Origin: Hemiscyllium ocellatum
Taxonomy: Eukaryota
NCBI RefSeq assembly: GCF_020745735.1
Contig: NW_026867842.1
Location: 62,001-99,737 of the forward strand
Direction of reading: 5' to 3'
Length of the DNA: 37,737 nt
The translations under genes were made by a program, and so were the position numbers. The notes below the pieces were generated by a model, which saw only the letters and a list, made by a program, of their open reading frames with translations, did not search any database and was not told the origin of the DNA. Positions 1 through 9,430 of the stretch are shown here, one piece after another. Within the stretch, counting starts at the first letter, position 1. Each line of letters begins with the position of its first letter.

Positions 1-685
1 GAGCGATAGTGAGAGGATATTTGAGAGTGAGGGCATCGATAGGTGTTTCTGCAGCTGCAGATGGGAATCCAGGATGGTGTGTTGTCTCTCTGATGCCAAG
101 GTCAAGGATGTCACTGAGCGGCTGCAGAGCACCCTGAGGGGAGAGGGGGAACAGCCAGCAGTCATAGTCCACATTGGTCCCAGTGATGGATGGAGAAAAA
201 GGAACGTGGTCCTGCAGTCAGAAGGTTGGGAGCTCTGGAGGGAATTAGCAGCAGGAACTGAAAAGGAGGAATCTCCGGATGACTCCCAGTGCTACATGCA
301 GGTGAGAATAGAATCAGGAGGTGAGCACAGGTGACTGTGGGGCTGGAAAGAGGATCCATGAGGGAGGTCTTTGGATTTTTGTGAGGTGGTTTACTCATGC
401 AGTTAGAGAGGGTTTAAACTAACTTGGCAGGGCTGTGCGAACCAGGAGAGAATGTCAAAGAGGAACACAAAGGAACACAGAATCCTCAGTTCAGTCAATA
501 AGTCACCTCCCAGTGGGAAGGATGTGGAAGAATACAAATGCATGAATTTACAGAGACCTGCAAATATGATAGAGTTGTTATAAATGGGCGGGGCGGTCTT
601 TAGCTTCTGAATATAGACTGGGATAGTAGCAGTGTAATGGGCAGGAAGGGCCCAGAGTTGTGAGAGTGTGTTCAGGTGAATTTTC
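1..685 (+). mobile_element. Decayed CR1 LINE 5' portion (ORF1 SGNH/esterase-like remnant running into ORF2 start)
   Basis: ORF 74-334 contains EGEQPAVIVHIGPSD, resembling the CR1 ORF1 esterase motif VVVHIGTND; frames are broken downstream. Confidence 0.65.
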
Positions 686-1038
686 AGGTGGCATCGGTGG
701 CTCAGTGGTGGCTCAGGTGGGGCAGCACGGTGGCTCAGTGGGTAGCACTGCAGCCTCTCAGAGCTAGGGTCACAGGTTCGATTCCAGCCTTGGGTAACTG
801 TCTGTGTGGAGTTTGCACATTCTCCCTGTGTCTGCGTGGGTTTCCTCCGGGTGTTCTGGTTTACTCCCATGGTCCAAAGATGTTCAGGTTCAGGTGAATT
901 GGCCATGCTAAATTGCCCACAGTGTTAGATGCATTACTGAGAGGGAAATGGGTCTGGGTGGGTTACTCTTCGGAGGATCGGTGAGGACTTTTTGGGCAGA
1001 AGGGCCTGTTTCGACCCCGTAGAGGCTCTAATCTAATC
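686..1038 (+). mobile_element. tRNA-derived elasmobranch SINE (HE1/V-SINE-like)
   Basis: A-box-like GGTGGCTCAGTGG, B-box-like GGTTCGATTCC, V-domain TGTGTGGAGTTTGCACATTCTCCCTGTGTCTGCGTGGGTTTCCTCCGGG, LINE-like 3' end GAAGGGCCTGTTTC and CTAAT tail. Confidence 0.85.
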
Positions 1039-3470
1039 ATTGGCAGTGAAGAAGGCTGTCTAAGAATACAATGGAATCTTGATCAACTGGGCCAGTGGGC
1101 TGAGGAATGGCAGATGGAGTTTAATTCAGATACATGTGAGTGCTATATTTTGGTAAGACACAAGACATGGGTGAGATCCCAAACAAATATTTCAGGTCAG
1201 TATATATTGTGGAGAAAGCTAGGGAATTTGGAAAAATAGTGATGTCTTGAAAAGAGACCACACACAAATGAGGAGACGCTCAAGATCTGAAAACACATAA
1301 AAGTAGTAGATAAACCCTAGGACCTGATCAGGTGTATCCCAGAACATTGTGGCAAACTAGGGAAGAGATTGCTGGGCCCCTTACTGAGATATGTGTATCA
1401 CTGACAACTATGGGTAAGGTGCTGGAGAACCAGAGAGGTTGGCTAATGTTATGCCATTATTTAAGAAAGAAAGACTGTAAGGAAAAGCCAGGGAATTATA
1501 GACCAGTGAGCCTGATGTCAGTGTTGGGTAAGATGTTGGAGTGGATTCTGTGGGATAGGATTTACATTCTTTGGATAATCAATGTGGTTTTATGCATAGG
1601 AAATCATGTCTCCTGAATTTGATTGAGGAGGTGACAAAGAAGATTTATGGAGATAGAACAATAGACATTGTCAATATGGACTTCAGTAAAGTTTTTGACA
1701 AGGTTCCACATGATAGACTGGTTAGTAAGGTTAGACCACATGGGATCCAGGGGGAGTGAGCCATTGGGATAAAAAAATTGGATTGAAGATAGGAGACAGG
1801 AGTGGTGGTAAAAGGTTGCTTTTCAGACTGGAGATCTGTGAATAGCTGTGTGCCACTAACATTGGTGCTGGATTCACTATTTTATAGAAATGATTTGGAT
1901 GTGAATATAGGAGTTACAGTAAGTTTGTAGATGATATCTAAATTGGTACGATAGTGGATAGCGAAGAAATTCATCTCAGAGTACAGCGGGACCTTCATCA
2001 GATGGGGCAATGGGCAGAGGTGTAGCATATGGAGTTCAGTTTAGATAACTGTGAGATGTTGCATTTTGGAAAGGCAACCCAGGGCAGGAGTTAGACAGTT
2101 AATGGGAGGGCCCTGTGGAGTGTTGCTGAACAAAGAGACCTCGGATTGAAGATGCAAGTGCATTATTACTTGAAAGTGGGGTCACAAGTAGACAGGGTGA
2201 TGAAGAAGGTGTTGGGTACACTTGCTTTTATTGGTCACTATTTTGAGTATAGGAGTTGGGACATCATGTTGCAGCTGTACAGGAGATTAGTGAGGCCACT
2301 TTGGCAATAATGTGAACAATCCTGATCACCTTGAAAATAGGAAGGATGCTGTTAAACTTATAAAGCTGCAGAAAAGATTTACAAGGACATGGCCAGGAAT
2401 TGGAGGGTTTGAGCTATAGGGAAAGGCTGAAGAAACTGGGTCTATTTTTCCTACAGCATCTAAGGCTTCGGGGTGACCTTATAGATGTTTATACAATCAT
2501 GAGGGGCATGGACAGGGTGTATATCCAAGGCCTTTTCTTTGGGAAAGGGAGTCCAAAACAAGATGGCATAGGTTTAAGGTGAGAGGCAAAATATTCAAAA
2601 GGGACCTGAGGGGTAACTTGTCACACAGAGGGTGGTATGTGTCTGGATCGAGCTGCCAGAGTAAGTATTGGAGGCAGATACTATTACAGCATTTAAAACG
2701 CATTGGGATGGGTACATGAATCGGAAGGGTTTTGAGGAATGTAAGCAAAATGCTGGCAAATGGGATGAGGTGATTTAGGATATCTGGTTAGTATGGACAA
2801 GTTGAACTGAAAGGTCTGTTTCCACGCTGTATGACTCCATGACGATGAGAAGCTGGAAAAGCTGAAACTTTTTATTCTGACACGTAAGAGTCTGAGGAGT
2901 GACCTTGTAAAGGTTTATAAAATCATGAGGGTCATAGAAAATGTGAATAATTCAGGAAGGAGCTGAAGTTTTGTAGAAATGGCAAAAAATATTCCTGAAG
3001 ATCCTTCCAGGGATGAGGAACATCAGTTATACAGATTGATTGGAGAATTGGGGACTGTCTTCTTTGGCGAAGGCTGAGAGGAGATTTGTTTGAGGAATTA
3101 AAACCAGGAGGGGCCTGGACAGGGTAAATAGGGAGAAAATGTTCCCAATTGAGAAAGGATTGAGACCGAGAGAACACAGATTTAAAGTAATAAGTAAAAG
3201 TAACAAAAGTGAGAGGGGGAACAACATTTTCAGCCAGTGGGTGGTTAAGGTGTGGAATGCACTGCCTAAGAGTGTGGTGGAGGCAGCTTCAATTAAAACA
3301 TTCCGAAGGGAATGAGACTGTTATTTGAAAAGGAACAATGTGCAGGGTGACAGGGAGAAGGCAGGAGAATGACACTCAGTGAATTGCTCAGTCGGAGAAC
3401 CATGACAGACAGGATGGACGGAATGGCCTCCTTGTGCACTGTAACTATTCTGTGATTGTGTGATTGAGCA
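1039..3470 (+). mobile_element. Several stacked CR1 ORF2 (RT) fragments and 3' ends
   Basis: Translations NYRPVSLMS, NMDFSKVFDKVPHDRL, YRERLKKLGLF; 3' UTR motifs; many stops and frameshifts. Confidence 0.9.
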
Positions 3471-3510
3471 GAGTTAAAGCTGGGGGAGGTGGGAGCTCGG
3501 TGTCTCACTG

Positions 3511-3542
<32 letters not shown>
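3511..3542. repeat. (TGC)10 trinucleotide microsatellite
   Basis: Directly visible. Confidence 0.97.
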
Positions 3543-3915
3543 AGGTCAGTGAGATCAGAGACTGGGACAGGGAGCCAGAGCTCACATCAAACTCTGCCCC
3601 GTGTCCGTCACACTGAGACTGGCAGGAGGCTACTCACTGATTTCACTCCATGCTGCAGGAATGGGACCACAGGCTGCAAATGGACAGAGCTCCTCCACAC
3701 GGTGAGTAAAACTGACTGACTTATATCTTGCTTCTTAAAGGGGGCAATGGAACTGAAGTGGTACGGTTGGACAACTGTTAGACACAGTGCTCCTTAATCA
3801 ACCATTTCGTTCACTGCAGCTCCCCACTAACACCTTCAACAAATCAGTAACTGTATTTTAGAAAGTGTGTTTCAGTATTGAAAGGGTTAATAACAGAGGA
3901 TTGAGGTTTACTTAC

Positions 3916-3950
3916 TCAGTCTGAGCTTGGTTCCTTTACCGAACGTGTCC
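3916..3950 (-). CDS. IGKJ: Ig light-chain (kappa-type) J segment, DTFGKGTKLRL
   Basis: FGXG motif; phase-1 splice donor A|GTAAGT at 3915; flanked by a consensus 23-RSS. Confidence 0.95.
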
Positions 3951-3989
3951 CACAGTGAGAGTTCCCAGTGCAGAGGCTGTACAAAAACC
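3951..3989 (+). other. 23-bp-spacer RSS of J
   Basis: CACAGTG 3951-3957, 23-nt spacer 3958-3980, ACAAAAACC 3981-3989; perfect consensus. Confidence 0.98.
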
Positions 3990-4421
3990 TCTGCTCTCTG
4001 CTTCCCCCCCATCACTCTCAACCTCTCCCTGTCTCCCAGTCTCTCGTTCACTCTCAACTTCTTTCTGCCCCTCTCTGTCTCTCCCTCATTCATGTGTCTT
4101 TCTGTCTCTGTCTCTCTCTGTGTCCAGCTGGGCTTGGGAGCTTTGTGAAATTTATTTTTCGATATTAAATCTTGCAGCTGTTCTTCACGCGTGGTCATGG
4201 AGTGTCAGAGGGAAACTTGAGGCCTTCAGTGAGCGGTGGACACCACAGGGACTGGAGTGTGTCATGGACAGTTACAATCCCAGCATGGGGTAATTTGTTC
4301 AGTTTCATTTGTATCTAATTGTGGATGTGTCAGTTCAGGCTGTGGGACTGTGTGTCCATTATTATACATTTTATATAACTGATTGATGTGTCAGTGCATG
4401 AGGTGGTGCTGTGTGTCTTGA

Positions 4422-4449
4422 GGTTTTTGTATGGCTCTGTATCACTGTG
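4422..4449 (-). other. 12-bp-spacer RSS of V (cluster 1)
   Basis: Minus strand CACAGTG (4449-4443), 12-nt spacer, ACAAAAACC (4430-4422); perfect consensus. V-12/J-23 is the kappa configuration. Confidence 0.98.
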
Positions 4450-4754
4450 TTGAGCGGAGCTGCTATACCAGTTGTTCTGACAGTAATAGTCAGCGACATC
4501 CTCATTCTGAACGTTGCTGATTGTCAGGGTGTAACTGGTCCCTGATCCACTGCCGGTGAATCGCTCGGAGACTCCTGTGAATCGAGATGTTGCAGCATAG
4601 ATCAGGAGAGAGGGTTTCTGACCTTCTCGCTGCTGGTACCAACTGAGGTAGCTGCTAATGTCTTGACTGGCCGTACAGGTGAGTTTTGCGGTCTGGCCCA
4701 ATCCCACTGACAACACCGGGGGAGACTGGGTCATGATAATCTCCCCATTGATAC
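4450..4754 (-). CDS. IGKV: Ig kappa-type V exon, unrearranged, open frame ([27 protein letters not shown]...WYQQ...[17 protein letters not shown])
   Basis: Conserved Cys, Trp and YYC; FTGSGSGT; acceptor CCTCAG at 4760-4755; resembles shark kappa (NS4/type III-like) V regions. Confidence 0.96.
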
Positions 4755-4940
4755 CTGAGGGGTCAGAGAGAAACACAGTGAAGTCAGAACTGTCACAGAA
4801 AGAGCCGGTCAAATGAGAGATTGTTGGAGACACTGAGCATTCCTCTGGTTTCAGCATTTTCCCTTCAATCACAAGTCAGTGGAATTGGAGTGAAATGGAG
4901 AGCAGCTAAAGATTCAAGGTGGAAGGAGAGAGATTTGTAC

Positions 4941-4988
4941 CTGCGACACAGAATGCCAGGGGCCAGATCAGCTGGATGTGTGAATCAT
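4941..4988 (-). CDS. V leader exon, frameshifted as given (ATG ATT CAC ACA TCC AGC TGA)
   Basis: 48 nt from ATG to GT donor at 4940; 186-nt intron. Restoring one T (present in cluster 2) gives MISHIQLIWPLAFCVA+G in phase 1. Confidence 0.9.
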
Positions 4989-5046
4989 GGTGTGTGCTCC
5001 TGTCCCTGTGCCTGGTTCCTGATAAACTCTCCCTTCACTGGGCTCT

Positions 5047-5141
5047 GCTTTATAAAGCTGCAGCCTGTGAGAGTCTGACTGGGTGTTCCTCAGTATGTAA
5101 ATGGCATCAGGCAGAGAGAGCCACGTCAGCCCCTCACACTT

Positions 5142-5145
<4 letters not shown>
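5047..5145 (-). promoter_or_regulatory. V promoter of cluster 1
   Basis: TATAAA within GCTTTATAAAGC (5047-5058), octamer variant ATTTACAT (5102-5095), TGACGTGG (5128-5121), ETS-like GAGGAAGTG (5145-5137). Confidence 0.8.
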
Positions 5146-5172
<27 letters not shown>

Positions 5173-5520
5173 ATCCTTTCTTTTCTTTCTCCCTTTTCCC
5201 TTTTTTCTCTTTCTCACCCTTCTCTTGTATACGTTCTTGTTATTCGTTGACTTTCTCTCTCTTTTTCTATTTCCGTCTCCAACTCTGTCCTCTCCCAATT
5301 ATATAACCACTTCTATCTTTCCTTTTTTCCATGTATGTTTGACATTCTGTTTATCTCCCTCCCTTCTGTTTTGGTTGGTCTCTCTCTCTCTCTCTCTCTC
5401 TCTTTCTTATCATTCATTCTTCTCCTTCACTTATATTACTACCTAATTCCTCACTCATTCTCTCCTTATACCCTCAATCTCTAATTGCCTCACTCTCTCT
5501 TTGTTTCCCTCCCTCCAGTC
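5146..5520. repeat. (CT)n and pyrimidine-rich low-complexity tract
   Basis: Directly visible. Confidence 0.9.
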
Positions 5521-5803
5521 ACTCTCTAGCAGGCATTATTCCAGGACATTGGAACAGTGAGTCCTGGGGCAGCAATTAAATGCCTCGCCCTCTCTCACTC
5601 AATCTCACAATGTACACTTGCTCTCTGTCTCTGTCTGTGTGTGTCTTCTGTGTCTCTCTCAATCAAAAGTTCAATGACATGAACAGCATTTAACAAGTCT
5701 CTACTGATCATCAATGATCTAGCAACATCAATCCCAGCTTGGCATTGAGGGAGAGGATCAGCCATGGTCATATTGAATGGCAGAACAGACTCACAGGGCC
5801 AAT

Positions 5804-5845
5804 CCCTAACCCTTACCCTAACCCTAACCCTAAACCTAACCCTAC
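5804..5845. repeat. Interstitial telomere-like (CCCTAA)7, imperfect
   Basis: CCCTAA CCCTTA CCCTAA CCCTAA CCCTAA ACCTAA CCCTAC. Confidence 0.85.
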
Positions 5846-5869
5846 TCCTGCTCTCTATTTCTATCTTTG

Positions 5870-6135
5870 TATGTCTGTGTAATCTCCAATCTCTGTCCCT
5901 GGATATTGATCCCTCTATTCATGGAAAAAGTTGCCTTCCTGTCCACTCTATCCCTGCCTCTCATAATCTTTTTGCCCTTCAGCAGGTTCCCTCTCAACCT
6001 TCACTGCTCCAAGAGAAACAATCCCAAACTTTCCAATCCTTCCTCATAGCTCACACCCTCCAGGCCAGGCAGCATCCTGGGAAATCTTTGCACCATCTCG
6101 AGTACAGTCATATCTTTCTCATAATATGGTGACCA
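5870..6135 (-). mobile_element. CR1 3' fragment (counterpart at about 35810-36060)
   Basis: FWSPYYEKDMTVLEMVQRFPRMLPG; same junction with a GA-rich tract as in the other arm. Confidence 0.8.
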
Positions 6136-6414
6136 GAACATCTCTGCACGTCTGTCTCTCTCTTTCACTGGATTGCCTCTACTCTTTGTCTCACACCTAC
6201 TCTGTCTGTCTCTCTCTCTCTCTGTCCCCTCTCTCTCAGTCACACTGTCTCATACTCTATCTCGCTCTATCTCTATTCTTCAACTCCACCATCTCTACCT
6301 CTCTCTACCTCTCTCTCTCTCCCCCGCTTTTACTCATCTTACACTGCCTGAGATTCTTTATCCTGCTCTCTCTCACTTTCACACCCTGCCCTTCTATGTC
6401 TCTCTCGTCAACAT

Positions 6415-6454
<40 letters not shown>

Positions 6455-6465
6455 TCTCTGCCTTT
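6136..6465. repeat. CT/CA-rich low-complexity tract
   Basis: Directly visible; mirrored by the GA-rich tract at 35230-35800. Confidence 0.85.
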
Positions 6466-6929
6466 CCAACAAGGTCCCAAGTGGTAAAAGTTAAATACAG
6501 GTTATATCTCCTCCAAATCTAATGGATGTTAACCCTTGACACCAGGAGTATGTCTACTCCTGGAATAAAGGCCCATTTCCCACATTGACCAGGGTTTGGC
6601 CTCTCTCAGGAAGACGGTCAGATTCTTGTCAAATGAAGGGCAATTCTGTGCTGTTGGCCCATTCTTCCTGGGGACTGGTTTGGACACAAACCTCATTCCA
6701 TGAAAGCCCAGCAGAGGGAGGAGATCCTCAGGCCATCAGTATGACCTGGAGGGATAGGACAGGATCTGACCCATTGACCCATCCTATCCATTCACAACAT
6801 GTTCCAATCCTTTCCCCTCACCTTTCCCTTCCATGGTCAAGCTCCAGTTTTATTGGTATGAGGATTGGACCATCACACAGTTACTACAGAAAGGAAATGA
6901 GCCCCACACTCACTACAGTATCCATGTCC

Positions 6930-7280
6930 CACTGGACTGTCCAGTGGAGACCAGTAAGCATGGAATTCATTCCCACAGAACTCTCCAGTAGAGACCATTA
7001 AACATAGGCATCTTTGCTGCTGGAGCCTCCAATGGAGACCAGTAAATATGGGTCTATTTCCCACTGAATACTCGAGCAGAGCCTAGTTAACATGGACCTT
7101 ATTCCTACTGGGCCCTCCAATAGAAACCAGGAGAGAAAGGCCTCCATTTCTTTGAACTCTCCAGTGCAGACCAGTAAATATAGACGAGCTTCAAACTGGC
7201 TCCTCCAATACAGACCAGTAAAGATGTGACTCTTTGTGAATGGATCCTCCAATACAGACCAGTAAACAAGGATCTCATTG
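6930..7280. repeat. Degenerate 44-bp minisatellite, about 8 units; remnant continues at about 8340-8470
   Basis: ACCAGTAA-like core at 6950, 6994, 7038, 7082, 7126, 7170, 7214, 7258 (exact 44-nt period). Confidence 0.9.
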
Positions 7281-7289
7281 CAAGATTGA

Positions 7290-8310
7290 ACTTCGGAATG
7301 AGGAGCAGGAATAGGTAATCAAACCCGTTTCCTATTTAACATGATCATGGCTGAACTTAACCTCCTCTCCACTTTCCAGACGGCTACCTATTGCCCTCTA
7401 TCCTGCTTTTCATCAGAAAGATATCTGTTTCTTTCTTGAATCTGTTGATTGATTCTGCCTCCACTGTGCTTGAGGAAGGGGGTGGGGAGGGGGGGGGGAG
7501 TGGGAGGGGGGTGGAGATGATGGTGCGCACTGACATCCACAGATTCGCAACCTTCTGCGAGAAGTAGTTGGAATGGAACAGATTCCATACAGTATGAAAC
7601 CAGGCCATTCAGCCCAATAAGTCCACACCAACCCTTCAAAGAGCATTCCACCCAGAGCCATTCTGGAACCTTTTCCCTGTAACCCTATATTTCCCATGAC
7701 TAATGAATCTAACCTACACTTTCCTGGACACTATGGGTAAATTAGCATGGCCAATCCTCTGAACGTGTACATCATTAGACTGTGGGAGGAAATCAGAGCA
7801 CACAGATGAAGCTCACACAGACAGGGGGAGAATGTGCAAACTCCATTGCCTGAGGGTGGAGTCGAACCTGGGGCCCTGGCACTGTGAGGCAGCAGTGCTC
7901 ACCACTGCACCACTCTGTCACCTGTAGTTTCTCCTCATCTCAGTTTTAAACATACCTCCTCTCACTCTATGTCTATGACCTCTTGTTCGAGACTGGCCCA
8001 CAAGAGAGTACATCTGTTCAATGCTTGCCCTATCAATCTCCTTTAGCATCTTATATACTTCACTCAGATCTCCCCTTCATACAACTGAATTCCAGTGAGT
8101 ACAAGCCCTAGCTATTCAACCATTCCTCATATGGCAGCCCTTTCATCCGGGGAATCAGTCTGGTGAACATCCTCTGAACTGAATCCAGTGCCACCATATC
8201 CTTCACCAAGTAAGGAGACCACAACTGGACACAATGCTTCAGATGTGGTCTCACCAATGCCTAATAGAATTGTCACAATATTTCTTTATTTCTGTAATTC
8301 AGTCCTTTTA
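7290..8310 (-). mobile_element. CR1 3' fragments with a nested HE1-like SINE (about 7560-7922)
   Basis: Reverse-complement SINE head and V-domain (GAGAATGTGCAAACTCC; GCAGCAGTGCT); CR1 tail motifs. Confidence 0.8.
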
Positions 8311-9059
8311 TAATAAATACCAAGATTCCAATTGCTGCAAGAAATGCCAACATTCCAATTCCATGGGACTCAATTGGAACCTCCAACAGAGATCAGGAAA
8401 CATGGGCCTCCATCCCACTGGAATGTCCAATGGACAGCAATAAGCCTGAGCTTCTTTCCCACTGGACCCTCCAGTATTGGAGCTTCAAACCCCACTTCCT
8501 CTCCATCACCTAGGTCTCTTATTTCAATCTCCACTACATTGTTTGTCTCTGCACTACATCAGCCCCTTGACCACAGAAACTCTTATTCCTGCTCATCCCA
8601 CCTCCAAACTCCAACATTCTGATGTCCTCTCTCAGCTTACTCCATCTGTGCTCCATAAATTCCAAATTGTCTGGAATGAAATGGCCCCTTCCCTGTCTCA
8701 TACCAAGGAGGAGATTGACAGATTTGATTTTAGTAATTAGTTGAAAGTTTACGGAGAGTGGGTGTGGTCAGAATTGGTCAAATTGATGACGGCTCCTGCA
8801 GTTGAATATCCTGCTGGCAGGCTCCAGCCTTTTACACACAGAATGGAGAAGTGTGTATTGTAGGCATATATTGTAAAGTTCCATAGAATTAAACCTCAGC
8901 ATCAAATGTCCCTCAGGAGGGGAGAGGGAATGTTCAGGGTCCTGAGCTCCATTTCCCAGCCCAGGCAGTTTGCCTCCCAATGAATGAATGAGATGCCAGC
9001 TTGGAGCCCAGGTTAGGGACAGTCTCTGCTGTGGACCCAAGTCAACAAGAGGCAGCTGG

Positions 9060-9430
9060 AGATCGAGCTGAAAGGAAAGATTTGCTGGGTTATGGGGAGA
9101 GAGGGGGCAGTGGGAATAATTGGATCACTCACAGACACCACAGGTGGGGGGGGGGGTGCAGGTTTAGGACTAAATAGAGAAGGAACTTCTTCACCCAGAG
9201 GGTGGTGAATCTATGGAATTCCCTGCCCAGCGAAGTCGTTGAGGTTTCCTCAGTAAATGTTTTTAAAGCTGATTTAGGTAATTTTTTGAACAGTAAATGA
9301 ATCAAGGGTTTTGGTGAAAAGGTGGATAAGGGGGAGCTGATGCCATGAAAAGATCAGCCATGATCTTACTGAATGGCAGAGCAGCCCAAGAGGCCAGAGA
9401 GCCTGCTCCTGCTCCTGGTTTTAATGTTCT
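9060..9430 (+). mobile_element. CR1 3' UTR fragments
   Basis: TTCACCCAGAGGGTGGTGAATCTATGGAATT...GATCAGCCATGATCTTACTGAATGGC tail motifs. Confidence 0.8.

Noticed and set aside
1-3915. Constant-region exon of cluster 1
   Set aside because: No Ig C1-set translation recognised on the minus strand; C must lie beyond position 1 (J-C intron longer than 3.9 kb) or be missing.
3946-4454. RAG-transposon re-insertion splitting a joined VJ
   Set aside because: No 5-bp duplication between the V end (CTCAA) and the J start (GGACA).
4774-4780. Heptamer in the leader intron of both clusters (also 37139-37145) as a cryptic RSS
   Set aside because: No nonamer at 12 or 23 spacing; its presence in both copies is explained by the homogenised tract.
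4919-5446. Plus-strand ORF (and its twin 36674-37000) as a duplicated protein-coding gene
   Set aside because: Antisense to the V promoter and running into CT repeats; the shared peptide only reflects the near-identical DNA tract.
7478-7512. G-rich tract as a functional G4 element
   Set aside because: Short insertion within a CR1 tail, arm-specific; similar poly-G runs are scattered (9146, 16370, 24782).
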